Source: a virus
Length of the DNA stretch: 43,115 nt
UHGV virus genome: UHGV-0172426
Reading direction: 5' to 3' (one strand)
Shown here: one piece after another, positions 15,947-25,033 of the stretch
Layout of the letters: the number at the start of each line of letters is the position of its first letter
Position numbering within the stretch: position 1 is the stretch's first letter
The notes under the pieces: generated by a model
What the model was told of the DNA's origin: nothing
Database searches by the model: none
What the model saw: only the letters and a program-made list of their open reading frames with translations
Position numbers and translations under genes: made by a program

Positions 15947-16234
15947 TTAGTCCGTCAACTCGCGCACAGCCGCCTCAATCAGCGCGTCGATCTCGTCCGT
16001 GACCTTGATCCCCAGCTGCTTGAGCATATCCACAACATAGTCGTGCTTCTGCTGGCCAGTTTTTGCTCCAAACAGCTGTTCCGCCGCCTGCACCAGCCAG
16101 CACACCCAGCGCCAGACCTGCGTCACGCGGTCGGAGCTGATTTTGCCGCACAGCCAGAGGATAACCACCAGCGCCATACCCACACACGCCACCGCAGCAG
16201 CAATACCCGTGATCATCGTCCAATCGAGATTCAT
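15947..16234 (-). CDS. Holin, LL-H-like
   Basis: N-terminal TM; LVQAAEQLFG..GQQK..YV; IDALIEAAV. Confidence 0.82.
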   Translation of the reverse strand: MNLDWTMITGIAAAVACVGMALVVILWLCGKISSDRVTQVWRWVCWLVQAAEQLFGAKTGQQKHDYVVDMLKQLGIKVTDEIDALIEAAVRELTD

Positions 16235-16237
16235 AAT

Positions 16238-16471
16238 TTATTCCTCCGTATCTGTATTTTTTTTGCCAAATACCTTCTCGGCGATGCGTTTTGCCAGTAA
16301 CCCGCCAAGTTCCACGCCAAAGACCGTAAACGTCATGTTCACTAGCTCGGTCTGCTCCTGCCCGGTGAAGCAAAACACGATGGTTTCGGACACCGTAAAC
16401 AGGATCAGATACACTGCCAAAAACAGCAGCACCTTATTCGCAAATCGCGTGCCCTTGCTGATTTTAGCCAC
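16238..16471 (-). CDS. Two-TM lysis-cassette membrane protein
   Basis: Two hydrophobic helices, GQEQTEL, ELGGLLAKR; probable GTG start overlapping upstream stop. Confidence 0.6.
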   Translation of the reverse strand: MAKISKGTRFANKVLLFLAVYLILFTVSETIVFCFTGQEQTELVNMTFTVFGVELGGLLAKRIAEKVFGKKNTDTEE

Positions 16472-16793
16472 CGTGACCGCCGTCCTGATGATCGCGCCCC
16501 TCTTGGATGCGGTCAATGCGCTTGTGTGCCTGCTTGGCGGACTCTTCGACAGCTGTCAGCCGCTGCAAGACCTCTATGTTGGTCTTGGCCTGCGCCTTTT
16601 GCTCGGCTTTGATGTCCTCGACGCCGCTCTTGATCGCGCCGATCTCCACCAGCAGCGTCGTCGCCTGGGCGCTGTCGCCCTTGGTGTCCTTGTTTTTGGA
16701 GCGCCAGAGATTGACAGCGGCGATAATCACATTCGCAAGCGGCACAAGGGCGAGGATAAAGAGCAGCCCGTACAGGATTGTGTCTTGCGTCAC
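16464..16793 (-). CDS. Holin-associated TM + coiled-coil protein
   Basis: N-terminal TM; RLTAVEESAKQAHKRID motif typical of Clostridial lysis cassettes. Confidence 0.72.
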   Translation of the reverse strand: MTQDTILYGLLFILALVPLANVIIAAVNLWRSKNKDTKGDSAQATTLLVEIGAIKSGVEDIKAEQKAQAKTNIEVLQRLTAVEESAKQAHKRIDRIQEGRDHQDGGHGG

Positions 16794-16796
16794 GGC

Positions 16797-18047
16797 CTAC
16801 ACCTCCCAGGGCAGCACATAGCCCATCTTGCGGTTGGTCTCGCGCCCAAAGATGCCGTCCGGTGTGCATCCGTGTTCTGCCTGCCATGCCTTCATGGCCT
16901 CCATCGTCTGGGAGCCATATTTGCCATCTGCCGGGATGCCCAGATACCGCTGGATCAGCACCACACCCGCACCCTTGCTGCCCTTGCGGTACGTGCAAGG
17001 CCGACCACCCTGTCCGGGGCAGCCGGCCGAAGAATAACTGTCGTACCAGGCGACATTTTTGCCGCGTGCATCGACATGGATGTAATTGTCGGTGGCCTTG
17101 TACATTCCGATGCCGCCCTTGATGCCCAGCTCCTGCATATAGTGCTCCGTCCAGACCGCCAGCGTCGGCGCGTCGATTGCCTTGCCAAGCACCACGACGC
17201 TAAAATCCGCCGCGTTACCCTTGCGGTGCTGGCTTCCAGGCGCGCCGCCCACCAGTTTGTTGAGCGGGTCCGGACGGTAGCCGCCGTGCGGACGGATGCG
17301 GATCGCCACACCCGGCCATTTCTGGCGGTACTTCACCCGCAGCTTTTCCAGCAGCGTCACGATGCGGTGGTCGATGTCGCTGGGCTGCACGATGGGTGCG
17401 GCCTTGCCCTTGAGCACGTCCACATAGTTCGCCGGGTCGTAAAATTCCCGCAGGGTAAAATTCTCGGACAGCCTCGCGTCGAGATTCATCTTGTCGGCCT
17501 CCTTCAACTTTTTTATCGCCGCCCCCGGATAATAAAATCCGAGGATTTCCGCGCACGTTTGCCCCGCCTTGCCCCTCGCAGCGGCTCCGGTCTGGGACAG
17601 CCCCACGCCATGCCCGCGCACCTTGCCGGAGTTGTCATAGGGGTCGGGCTGGTCGATCAGGTAGGGGACGGCACTGCCCCAGCGCTCCAAGGAGGACACA
17701 CAGCGCCCACCGTTGCTGTCGGTGTAGACCGCGTCGATGAGCTTGCCGCCGTACATCAGCACCAGCCCGCGCGTTGCTTCCACTGCCGCGTCGCTGTTTT
17801 TGTGACGCGGTCGTGCGCCATAAGCCTGATAGCCAGCAGTGTCGTCCACGTCGTAAGGCTTGCTGCGGCGGTCGATGGTCTTGCGGATGGCATACGTTCG
17901 TGCGGCGATGGCCTGTGCCTTTTGCGCCTCCATCGGGCAGGTCTCTGCCTTGATCTCAGACGGTACGACGCCCTTGAGATAATCTTCAATATCCATCGTC
18001 ACAACCTTTCCGCTTTTGTTGCGGGTGATCTTGACTCGGATGTGCAT
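16797..18047 (-). CDS. Endolysin: SpoIID/LytB-like domain + peptidase M15 + peptidoglycan-binding domain
   Basis: EDYLKGVVPSE..EAQKAQAIAARTYA, GHGVGLSQTGA (SpoIID); GYR..N..VGGAPGSQHRKGNAAD, YIHVDAR (M15); ADGKYG/PDGIFG (PG_binding_1). Confidence 0.88.
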   Translation of the reverse strand: MHIRVKITRNKSGKVVTMDIEDYLKGVVPSEIKAETCPMEAQKAQAIAARTYAIRKTIDRRSKPYDVDDTAGYQAYGARPRHKNSDAAVEATRGLVLMYGGKLIDAVYTDSNGGRCVSSLERWGSAVPYLIDQPDPYDNSGKVRGHGVGLSQTGAAARGKAGQTCAEILGFYYPGAAIKKLKEADKMNLDARLSENFTLREFYDPANYVDVLKGKAAPIVQPSDIDHRIVTLLEKLRVKYRQKWPGVAIRIRPHGGYRPDPLNKLVGGAPGSQHRKGNAADFSVVVLGKAIDAPTLAVWTEHYMQELGIKGGIGMYKATDNYIHVDARGKNVAWYDSYSSAGCPGQGGRPCTYRKGSKGAGVVLIQRYLGIPADGKYGSQTMEAMKAWQAEHGCTPDGIFGRETNRKMGYVLPWEV

Positions 18048-18466
18048 CAGGTCGCCTCCTCCCATCCATACACGCCCGGCTCCCACACGTTATCTTTCTC
18101 CGTGCTGATCCAGTGCTTGCCGTTGTGGCTGACCTTCGCACCCTTCGTATATGCGTCGTGTGCCCCCGTAGGCTGAATCCATTCAGGCCACTCCTGCGTC
18201 GGGTCCGCGATCCGCGTCCAGAGAGATACAGCAGCGGACGGTGTATAATCCGACTGCGACGTGTGCGGCTGTGCGCAGCGGTACAGCAGACCGTTGTACT
18301 GCCGGATGTCGCCCTTGGCATAGGCCACGCCGTTCGCGTTCCATTCGTCAAATAGCACCGCAGGAGCCGCCAGTGCCACTTCGTCCGGCGCGTAGGCCGC
18401 GAGGGTCTGCGTCGCCTTGCGGATCTCTTGTGCCTGCTGGAGGATGTCTGATCTTACCTTACTCAC
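18047..18466 (-). CDS. Carbohydrate-binding (CBM5/12-like) protein
   Basis: AYAKGDIRQYNGLLYRC..PHTSQ; WIQPTGAHDAYTKGAKVSHNGKHW..NVWEPGVYGW. Confidence 0.78.
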   Translation of the reverse strand: MSKVRSDILQQAQEIRKATQTLAAYAPDEVALAAPAVLFDEWNANGVAYAKGDIRQYNGLLYRCAQPHTSQSDYTPSAAVSLWTRIADPTQEWPEWIQPTGAHDAYTKGAKVSHNGKHWISTEKDNVWEPGVYGWEEAT

Positions 18467-18755
18467 GAGTCTGCACCCCCAATTCATTCAGCGCGGCTTC
18501 CATGGTTGCCGCGTCGGGTGTCGACGCCGGCTGCGGATCGGTTTCGGCATTCAGCGCCGCGCAGTGATTAGCTGCCGCCTCTGCGAGCGTCGCTCCGTAC
18601 TGTTCCGGATATTGTCCGTCCCACTGCACCATGTAAACCACCCCATCACGCAGCAAAAAATACGCATCCTTTCCAGCAAAGCTAAATCTCTCACGGACAA
18701 GATTCATTTTTTCGTTCGCCGCGTCGCTTGCCGCATACATTTCATATGTCCACAT
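18459..18755 (-). CDS. Hypothetical tail-associated protein
   Basis: Operon position after fibre gene, overlap with next gene. Confidence 0.6.
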   Translation of the reverse strand: MWTYEMYAASDAANEKMNLVRERFSFAGKDAYFLLRDGVVYMVQWDGQYPEQYGATLAEAAANHCAALNAETDPQPASTPDAATMEAALNELGVQTRE

Positions 18756-18767
18756 CGCAAGCCCCCC

Positions 18768-20024
18768 TTATATTTTGACCCACTCTCCGGCCAAATTTTT
18801 GCTGTACCCGTCGACCTCGGTCATGTTGCCCGCGTTGTCCGTCTTGTACAATTTGTTGACATTGATTTTGACGTTAAACCCGTCCGACGTAACCAGTTTT
18901 GTTCTATTTTTTGGCGCTCCGGTCGTGGTCACGATCAACGCGTCATGCGCATACGCCGCCGCCGAAAACTTGACACGTTTTATAGGCACGTCAGTGAACG
19001 ATATGACCGCTCCACCAGCACAAATGCAATATAACGTATCGCCTGTTGCTGCATAGGCATTTTGTGTATACGGGGTACTGTACCGGTCCCCATACTTTTG
19101 ATTTGCGGAATACATGTCCGACTCCGCCCATTCGGGTCCGGAATCAGATACATGCACAAATGAGATGGTATTATCAGCATACTCCAACTTATATATCGAG
19201 GTCGGACCTATGCCGATATATATTGACCCGCCAACCATAAAACACGCTCGCACGAAACCAGGCAAGGCCGTAGTCTTTGTAACCACCTCATAATTTGACG
19301 AGCGCAGAACGTATACCGATTTTGTATCGCTGCCGTGGATTATATAGATATAAGTCCCATCGTCAAAAAAATACTGAGGATGACTCGTTGTCCTTTGATA
19401 GTATGACGTTGACGTTTTAGTGATTGTATCATACACATAAAAATATCCGCCGGACGACGTGTCGCCAGAATACACTTTGGTTCCATCCGCAGACACACCA
19501 AAATAATATCTCCCATCCATGATCCTCGAACTGTCATACATCGTGTATGTCAAGGTATCAATATCTAATACCGCCAAATGGAAGTTGGAGCTGTATGCTG
19601 CCACAAAAAATTTGTTATCTCTCAACTGTGCGCTAAGGGTCATCGACTGATTGCCCCACGCGTTAGCTGACACAAAATTACTAAGCTCAGCCGTCACAGC
19701 ATTTGTCTGCGGGTTATAACTGTATAGAGAGAACTTCACCGTGCCGCCAGAGCTAATGCTGCCAGACCACGCAATCCAGTATATCTTGCCATTGTAGCTT
19801 CCAGCGCCTGCGCAATATAACCTGGTCGTATTAACGCATCCAGTGTCCTCCGTGACAACATAATTCGACAGCTCTGCATACGGCGTAACATACACGCTTT
19901 TCGCCGCGGTGGAGTCTTTGACCCACAGCTCCCCAGCATCGGTCGACGGCTGCGTGTCAGAGTACACGATGCTCAGATCAACCCCGCCGCCCTTTGCCGC
20001 TGCATTTGTCCGTCCTACTGCCAT
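18768..20024 (-). CDS. Putative receptor-binding protein (beta-propeller-like)
   Basis: Tyr/Ser/Thr-rich repeated beta-blades (YNGKIYW, DGTKVYS, DGTYIYI, GGSIYIG); PSTDAGELWVK linker; visibly more AT-rich than flanks. Confidence 0.62.
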   Translation of the reverse strand: MAVGRTNAAAKGGGVDLSIVYSDTQPSTDAGELWVKDSTAAKSVYVTPYAELSNYVVTEDTGCVNTTRLYCAGAGSYNGKIYWIAWSGSISSGGTVKFSLYSYNPQTNAVTAELSNFVSANAWGNQSMTLSAQLRDNKFFVAAYSSNFHLAVLDIDTLTYTMYDSSRIMDGRYYFGVSADGTKVYSGDTSSGGYFYVYDTITKTSTSYYQRTTSHPQYFFDDGTYIYIIHGSDTKSVYVLRSSNYEVVTKTTALPGFVRACFMVGGSIYIGIGPTSIYKLEYADNTISFVHVSDSGPEWAESDMYSANQKYGDRYSTPYTQNAYAATGDTLYCICAGGAVISFTDVPIKRVKFSAAAYAHDALIVTTTGAPKNRTKLVTSDGFNVKINVNKLYKTDNAGNMTEVDGYSKNLAGEWVKI

Positions 20025-20028
20025 ATCC

Positions 20029-21111
20029 TCACCCCCATACCACAATCGTCAGCAGCGTAATCGCAGCCTCTGGCACTTCCGCTGCAAAAATCTTCACACC
20101 GCCCGCCACACACACAGCGACCGGGGCGTAATTGCCGCTGGTCGCATCGCCCGGTTCAAACACCACCTCCGGCACCATGGCCGCCGTCACGCCGGAGATA
20201 GACACCGTCGCCGCCTTGGGATAGTCGCTGTACGTGCTGTCATCCACCCATGCCGACGTGGCCATGCTGACGTTGGTCTGGATGATCTTCTTCGGTTGCT
20301 TTCCATTCAGCGCCGTTTCCAATCCTGTGATGGAGGATATTGCCTGTGTATGCACTGCGGCTGCATAGTCCGTCCCAGCCACAGCAGCCGATACATTCCC
20401 ACTGCCGTCACCCTTCAGTATTCCTGACGCAGAAATCACGTCCTGAAAATCAGTCCCGGCAGCCGCCTGTGTAACATTCCCGCTGCCGTCACCCTTCAGG
20501 ATTCCGCTCGTGCTGATTTTAGGCTGTGCGCCAATATCAGCAGGTGCAATCGTATCCGTTCCGCCTGTCTCGTGACTTGCAGCGTGCTTTGCCGGCGTCA
20601 TCGATGTAGGCTTGTCACTCAGATCATTGTAACTGCCGGACACAGCAACCGTTTTCAGGTCGGTAAACCATTTTGCAATCTTGCCAAGGATGGTTTTCAG
20701 CGCCTCCCCGGTCGCGATATTGGCTCTTGCGGTTGCCGCCGTAAACTCTGCCGTCACATCGGACGCATCTCCGGTCTTGTCCAGTTTTGCCGAATACAGA
20801 TCATCCACGTTATCCTTCAGATTGCTGTAATCCACCAACGTAAATCCGCGGTAGATCACCGTGTCCGCACTCCACACCTTTGCCGTCGTGCCGCCGTAGC
20901 CGCGAACGCATCCGGTCAGCTTACCGCTAGAGATTGCATTATACTGGATCACTTCGGCATCGTCGCCTGTTCCAATCGTCGCCAGATTTGGCGCAGCGGG
21001 GAACACATCCACAGATGCAACGGCAATGCTCTGTGCCGCTGCCGTAATCTGTGCCGTCAGCGTCGTCTGCGGGCTGTTGTTGATGCCTGCATACATCGTC
21101 TTTTTTGCCAT
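20029..21111 (-). CDS. Tail fibre / baseplate upper protein with 27-aa tandem repeat
   Basis: LTGCVRGYGGT, TGEALKTILGKIAKWFTDLKTVAVSGSYNDLSDKP; SGILKGDGSGNV..A.AGTD twice (81 bp apart). Confidence 0.72.
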   Translation of the reverse strand: MAKKTMYAGINNSPQTTLTAQITAAAQSIAVASVDVFPAAPNLATIGTGDDAEVIQYNAISSGKLTGCVRGYGGTTAKVWSADTVIYRGFTLVDYSNLKDNVDDLYSAKLDKTGDASDVTAEFTAATARANIATGEALKTILGKIAKWFTDLKTVAVSGSYNDLSDKPTSMTPAKHAASHETGGTDTIAPADIGAQPKISTSGILKGDGSGNVTQAAAGTDFQDVISASGILKGDGSGNVSAAVAGTDYAAAVHTQAISSITGLETALNGKQPKKIIQTNVSMATSAWVDDSTYSDYPKAATVSISGVTAAMVPEVVFEPGDATSGNYAPVAVCVAGGVKIFAAEVPEAAITLLTIVVWG

Positions 21112-23006
21112 CAGTAGGTCGAGCCTCCTCTCGATTGCACAAAGCCCTGCACATACAGATCAATCGTCACATAGGACAGTTCGTCCGGGATGATTGTGAT
21201 GTTGTGCCAGGTTCCGCGCGGGATTTTGTTGTCTTCATCCACCAGCAAAGCGGTAATGTCAGATTCATAATCCGCCCCCATTGCCGCCTTTTTCTTGCCG
21301 TTGACTTCGATTTGCGCCGTAGACGCACCGCCAAATTCAAAGATTCCCTGTTCAATGTCGTGGGTGTGCTCCGGGATTTCCACATCATGCGTGTGTTCCG
21401 GCACCTCAAATTCATGGGAATGATCCGGGATTTCAAATTCGTGCGAATGGCTCGGAAAATTGACCGTATGTGTGTGGCTGGGAATCCGGATGGTGTGCGT
21501 GTGCGACATGCCGTGCACATGGGTAAACTCACCAGCCGAAATCGTGTGCCTGTGGGATTCTCCATCCCTTGCCACAACAGACGACGTTGTGCGTGCCAGC
21601 GATGATGGCGAGTTTGTGGTGGATATGCTGCTGCTGCCGCTGGTCGTCGTGTCTCCGCCGCCCGCCTCGCTCGTTCCACCGCCGCCACCGCCGTTTCGGC
21701 TGGTCTTCACCGTGCCGCCGCTGGTCTCCGTGGATGTGCTCGTGCCGCCGCCAGCCGAAGAGGTCATCGTGCTGCCGCCGCCGCCCTCAGTTGACCGGGA
21801 ATAGCTACGGAACGGCGCCAGCGTGATCTTCACAAGCACCTTGTTCACGATCCGCATCTCTTCCGGAATCCAGAAATTCAGTTGTGCGCCGATCTTGGGC
21901 GTTGCGTTCTCTTGCACCGACTGCGCATAAAGCTGCGTTGCGCCCTGCGAATAGACCTGTTCAATGCGCTGCCGGTCTGCCAAATCCGCAACCGTCGTCG
22001 CAATATCCACAGCCTTTGTGGATAACGTCAGCGTCATATCTCCCGGCGTGTCATGGTTTCTCTTGATGCCTGTGATGTACGTCTTCACGCTATCATCTAC
22101 AAGCATCGTGATTCGTCCAATTTCGGCCTTGTCATAGTCCGCGCCCGTGATCGGGAATAAATCTGCCACTGAAACTTCGATGCTCTTCTGCGGCTCCTGA
22201 AGCGCTTTAAGCATGGCCTCTCCCGCCGCCTTCAGACTCGCTGCATCTTCATATCGTCTGTCCGTCCAGATTCGCGTAATCAGGCCATACTTCTCGATGA
22301 TTTCCGGCGGGCTTTGTAGGTATGGCAGGCCGTTGTTCACGTCTTTGATCGTCAGCTGGTTGATGCCTTCGCCATAGCCCAGGCAATACAGTCTCGTGCA
22401 GACATCCTGCGATGCTTTTGTAAATTTCCGGCTGATTAAGTTCTTCCTGCCGCGGACGTAATAGAGCGGCTTTGCTTCGGTGTCGATTCGGATCAGGTTC
22501 AGCGTCCACGGGTATGTGCTCGTGTCATACGTCCACATATATTCATCGACAAAGCACTTCGGGATGGAAAACAGCGCCGCCAGAAGGTTTTCGTTTTCCC
22601 ATCCGTACTCGAACTGTCGCCGAAAATCGCACTGCCCAAGCTGCCACCGCTTTACGGTCTGGTGATCCAGCACATACTGGATGCACTGATCGGTGTATGT
22701 TCCCAAGTTACCTACAACGTGAGACTCGAATAATACATCATCGATCAGCGTTGCAATGACGTGCTCACAGTCGTATGTCATCTCTCCGGAGCCGCTTAAC
22801 GATCCGCCCGGCGTGACAATGCGATAAAGCTGTCCGCCATTGTATCGCACAAAGCAAAACGGCTGGCAGTAATCGTTCTTATCGTCTCCTTCCGGCAACG
22901 AAAACGAAAGCTGTCCAACCGAATTGATCTCTTCTGTTTCTTGGATATCGTAAGCATTTTCCAGAATCGCGACTTTTTTTCTGTTTTTATCATACACTTC
23001 CAGCAT
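21111..23006 (-). CDS. Tal / prophage tail endopeptidase-like baseplate hub with His-rich needle
   Basis: LENAYDI..EEINSVGQLSFSLP, TRLYCLGYGEG; C-terminal PxHxH 9-aa repeats. Confidence 0.85.
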   Translation of the reverse strand: MLEVYDKNRKKVAILENAYDIQETEEINSVGQLSFSLPEGDDKNDYCQPFCFVRYNGGQLYRIVTPGGSLSGSGEMTYDCEHVIATLIDDVLFESHVVGNLGTYTDQCIQYVLDHQTVKRWQLGQCDFRRQFEYGWENENLLAALFSIPKCFVDEYMWTYDTSTYPWTLNLIRIDTEAKPLYYVRGRKNLISRKFTKASQDVCTRLYCLGYGEGINQLTIKDVNNGLPYLQSPPEIIEKYGLITRIWTDRRYEDAASLKAAGEAMLKALQEPQKSIEVSVADLFPITGADYDKAEIGRITMLVDDSVKTYITGIKRNHDTPGDMTLTLSTKAVDIATTVADLADRQRIEQVYSQGATQLYAQSVQENATPKIGAQLNFWIPEEMRIVNKVLVKITLAPFRSYSRSTEGGGGSTMTSSAGGGTSTSTETSGGTVKTSRNGGGGGGTSEAGGGDTTTSGSSSISTTNSPSSLARTTSSVVARDGESHRHTISAGEFTHVHGMSHTHTIRIPSHTHTVNFPSHSHEFEIPDHSHEFEVPEHTHDVEIPEHTHDIEQGIFEFGGASTAQIEVNGKKKAAMGADYESDITALLVDEDNKIPRGTWHNITIIPDELSYVTIDLYVQGFVQSRGGSTY

Positions 23007-23707
23007 TATAAATACCTTTCTGTGTACAAAATCGACGTTTTGAGGGATGCAGGCGTTCCGCTTCCGATCTGCACCGAACGGGTATTTCTGGACAGTTCCA
23101 GCCAATCGCCGGAATGCTTGTCCAGTATGTTCTCACCGTTGTGCAGCACCACATAATGGTCGCTGTCAATGACCAGTGTATCGCCAGGCTGCAAAGTCAC
23201 GTCGATGTTGATGGTGTAGATGTTGGTTGCTTCAGCGCTGCCCATGGCGGAGAATATCTCATAGGCCGTGCCGCCCAGATACACCGTCGCGCCCACAGAG
23301 ATGTTCGCCGCAATCGCTTCATCTGCTGCCGTCCGCGGATAAACCGTCGCGCCTACACGCAGTTGTGCATCGATGGATTCAGCAGCTGCCGTTGTGCCAT
23401 AGATCAGAGCGCCAATACGCAGACCAGATGTAAACGCTTCCGATGCATCTGCCTGCATCAAAAACACGCCGATCAAACGCACATCCGCATCGATTTCTTC
23501 TTCTGCTGTGTTGGTCAGAAGAATACCCTGCGCCGCGCTGGCCTCTGCGCCGTATGCTTCCTGTGCGCTCGTGCTCAGATATACCGTCTCAGAGATGCCG
23601 AGCATTGCGGTGATGATCTCCACCGCATCCGTAGTCAGCGCAATATGGGAGGCGATCTGACGCGGAACATTAAACCGCGCCAGATTAAATTGCGAGGTGT
23701 TGAACAT
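23006..23707 (-). CDS. Tail protein (repeat-rich, Dit C-terminal-like end)
   Basis: ~20-aa repeats; LQPGDTLVIDSDHYVVLHNGEN..YTERYL. Confidence 0.65.
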   Translation of the reverse strand: MFNTSQFNLARFNVPRQIASHIALTTDAVEIITAMLGISETVYLSTSAQEAYGAEASAAQGILLTNTAEEEIDADVRLIGVFLMQADASEAFTSGLRIGALIYGTTAAAESIDAQLRVGATVYPRTAADEAIAANISVGATVYLGGTAYEIFSAMGSAEATNIYTINIDVTLQPGDTLVIDSDHYVVLHNGENILDKHSGDWLELSRNTRSVQIGSGTPASLKTSILYTERYL

Positions 23708-23720
23708 CGCCCCCGCCTCC

Positions 23721-24500
23721 TTAATTGATCGAAATCTTCAGTGCGCCGACTTCATAAACCACCGCTTTATCCTTGGACATCAGAGTTGCCGGATTTGCCG
23801 CGTCGATCATGTACGGATTTCCGCTGTCCTCCGCGTCATAGACTGCAATATGCGTCATGTTGCCCCAAGTGCCGGTTGCAACAGGGCTGGTCACAGACGC
23901 GCTGTTCGAAATCATCATCGCGCCGCCAGCCTGTGACGCAGGAGACGCAAAGGTGATCTGCATCCGCTTGTACGCATTGCCTACAAATTCAGCGCCGCCT
24001 TCTTCCGGAGAGCCGTTGCACAGTGCCAGATACGGCGTAAACCCGGCGCAGCTCGTGCCACGCATCAGATTCAGGATTTTGGTTTTGTAAGCGTTCGCCA
24101 ACTTGCCAGAAGAAATCCACTTCACGGCGTTTGCGCGGATCACAGGAGACACGCCGGACTGCACGTTCAGCGGTTCAGCCAGCGGACCATAGACGTACAT
24201 ATTACCGCCTGTCAGAGAGTCCAGCACGCCCACATGGGTGACATTGCCTACATCCACGGTCGCCTTTGCAAAGGTGATCGCCGCGATATTCTGGATTGCC
24301 ATTCCGCCGCCAGTCTGAGCAGCGGGAGCGGAAAAGGTAATCGGCTGACGGGCATATCCGCTGTAACTGACTTCCGTGCCGCCGCCCGTGTCGCTTGGGT
24401 CGTTCAGGTACAGCGCCAGATACATGGTCTGCGGCGCAGTTGCCGACACGCCGCGTGCCAGGTTCAGAATCAGCGTCTCAAAATAGTCCGTTGCATACAT
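23721..24500 (-). CDS. Tail protein with internal domain duplication
   Basis: YLALYLNDP..GGTEVS..GYARQPITF / YLALCNGSP..GGAEFV..AYKRMQITF. Confidence 0.72.
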   Translation of the reverse strand: MYATDYFETLILNLARGVSATAPQTMYLALYLNDPSDTGGGTEVSYSGYARQPITFSAPAAQTGGGMAIQNIAAITFAKATVDVGNVTHVGVLDSLTGGNMYVYGPLAEPLNVQSGVSPVIRANAVKWISSGKLANAYKTKILNLMRGTSCAGFTPYLALCNGSPEEGGAEFVGNAYKRMQITFASPASQAGGAMMISNSASVTSPVATGTWGNMTHIAVYDAEDSGNPYMIDAANPATLMSKDKAVVYEVGALKISIN

Positions 24501-25033
24501 TACAAATTATCTCTCCTTTCAGCGACAGAAATCTGAATCCCCGTCACAGCCGTTTCGCCTGTGTTGGTGATTTCGATGCGCGTTGGTGTTTTTGCAGTCC
24601 CTGCGTATTCCGGCGCCCACGCCAGTGTTTCGGTCACATCGGCCTTTGTCTCGCCGTATGCAAAAGGCTCACACTCAAAGTTCAGCTTAAATTTATAGAC
24701 GACTTCGCCCAAGTCTTCCAGTTCCGACGGATCATACAGCCGCCCAATATAATACTTGTCCGGCTCTCGCCACAGCGCAATTCTGTTCTTTTTCGACAGG
24801 AAATAGGCGATTTCACGCATTTCCGCGCGAGTTTTGCCTGTTCTCGTGTCGCATTCCAGTGTGATTTTCCGCTCGTCATACTCATCTGATCCATAATCGT
24901 ATGCTCCGGATCTACCTGGGACGGTGATTTTATGGGAGCGGAGCGGCGGAAAGAAGGTGTCCGCCGCCACCATCCACACCCCAAACCGCTCACGCATATC
25001 CACGCCGCCAAAGGTGAAGGAATGTTTAAGCAA
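24500..25033 (-). CDS. Distal tail protein (Dit)
   Basis: SFTFGG, ITVPGRSGAYD, EPDKYYIG, FECEPFAYG; TTG start after GGAGGTG. Confidence 0.85.
   Translation of the reverse strand: MLKHSFTFGGVDMRERFGVWMVAADTFFPPLRSHKITVPGRSGAYDYGSDEYDERKITLECDTRTGKTRAEMREIAYFLSKKNRIALWREPDKYYIGRLYDPSELEDLGEVVYKFKLNFECEPFAYGETKADVTETLAWAPEYAGTAKTPTRIEITNTGETAVTGIQISVAERRDNL

Noticed and set aside
18768..21111. Diversity-generating retroelement or invertible tail-fibre cassette
   Set aside because: No reverse transcriptase, TR/VR pair, invertase or inverted fibre copies seen
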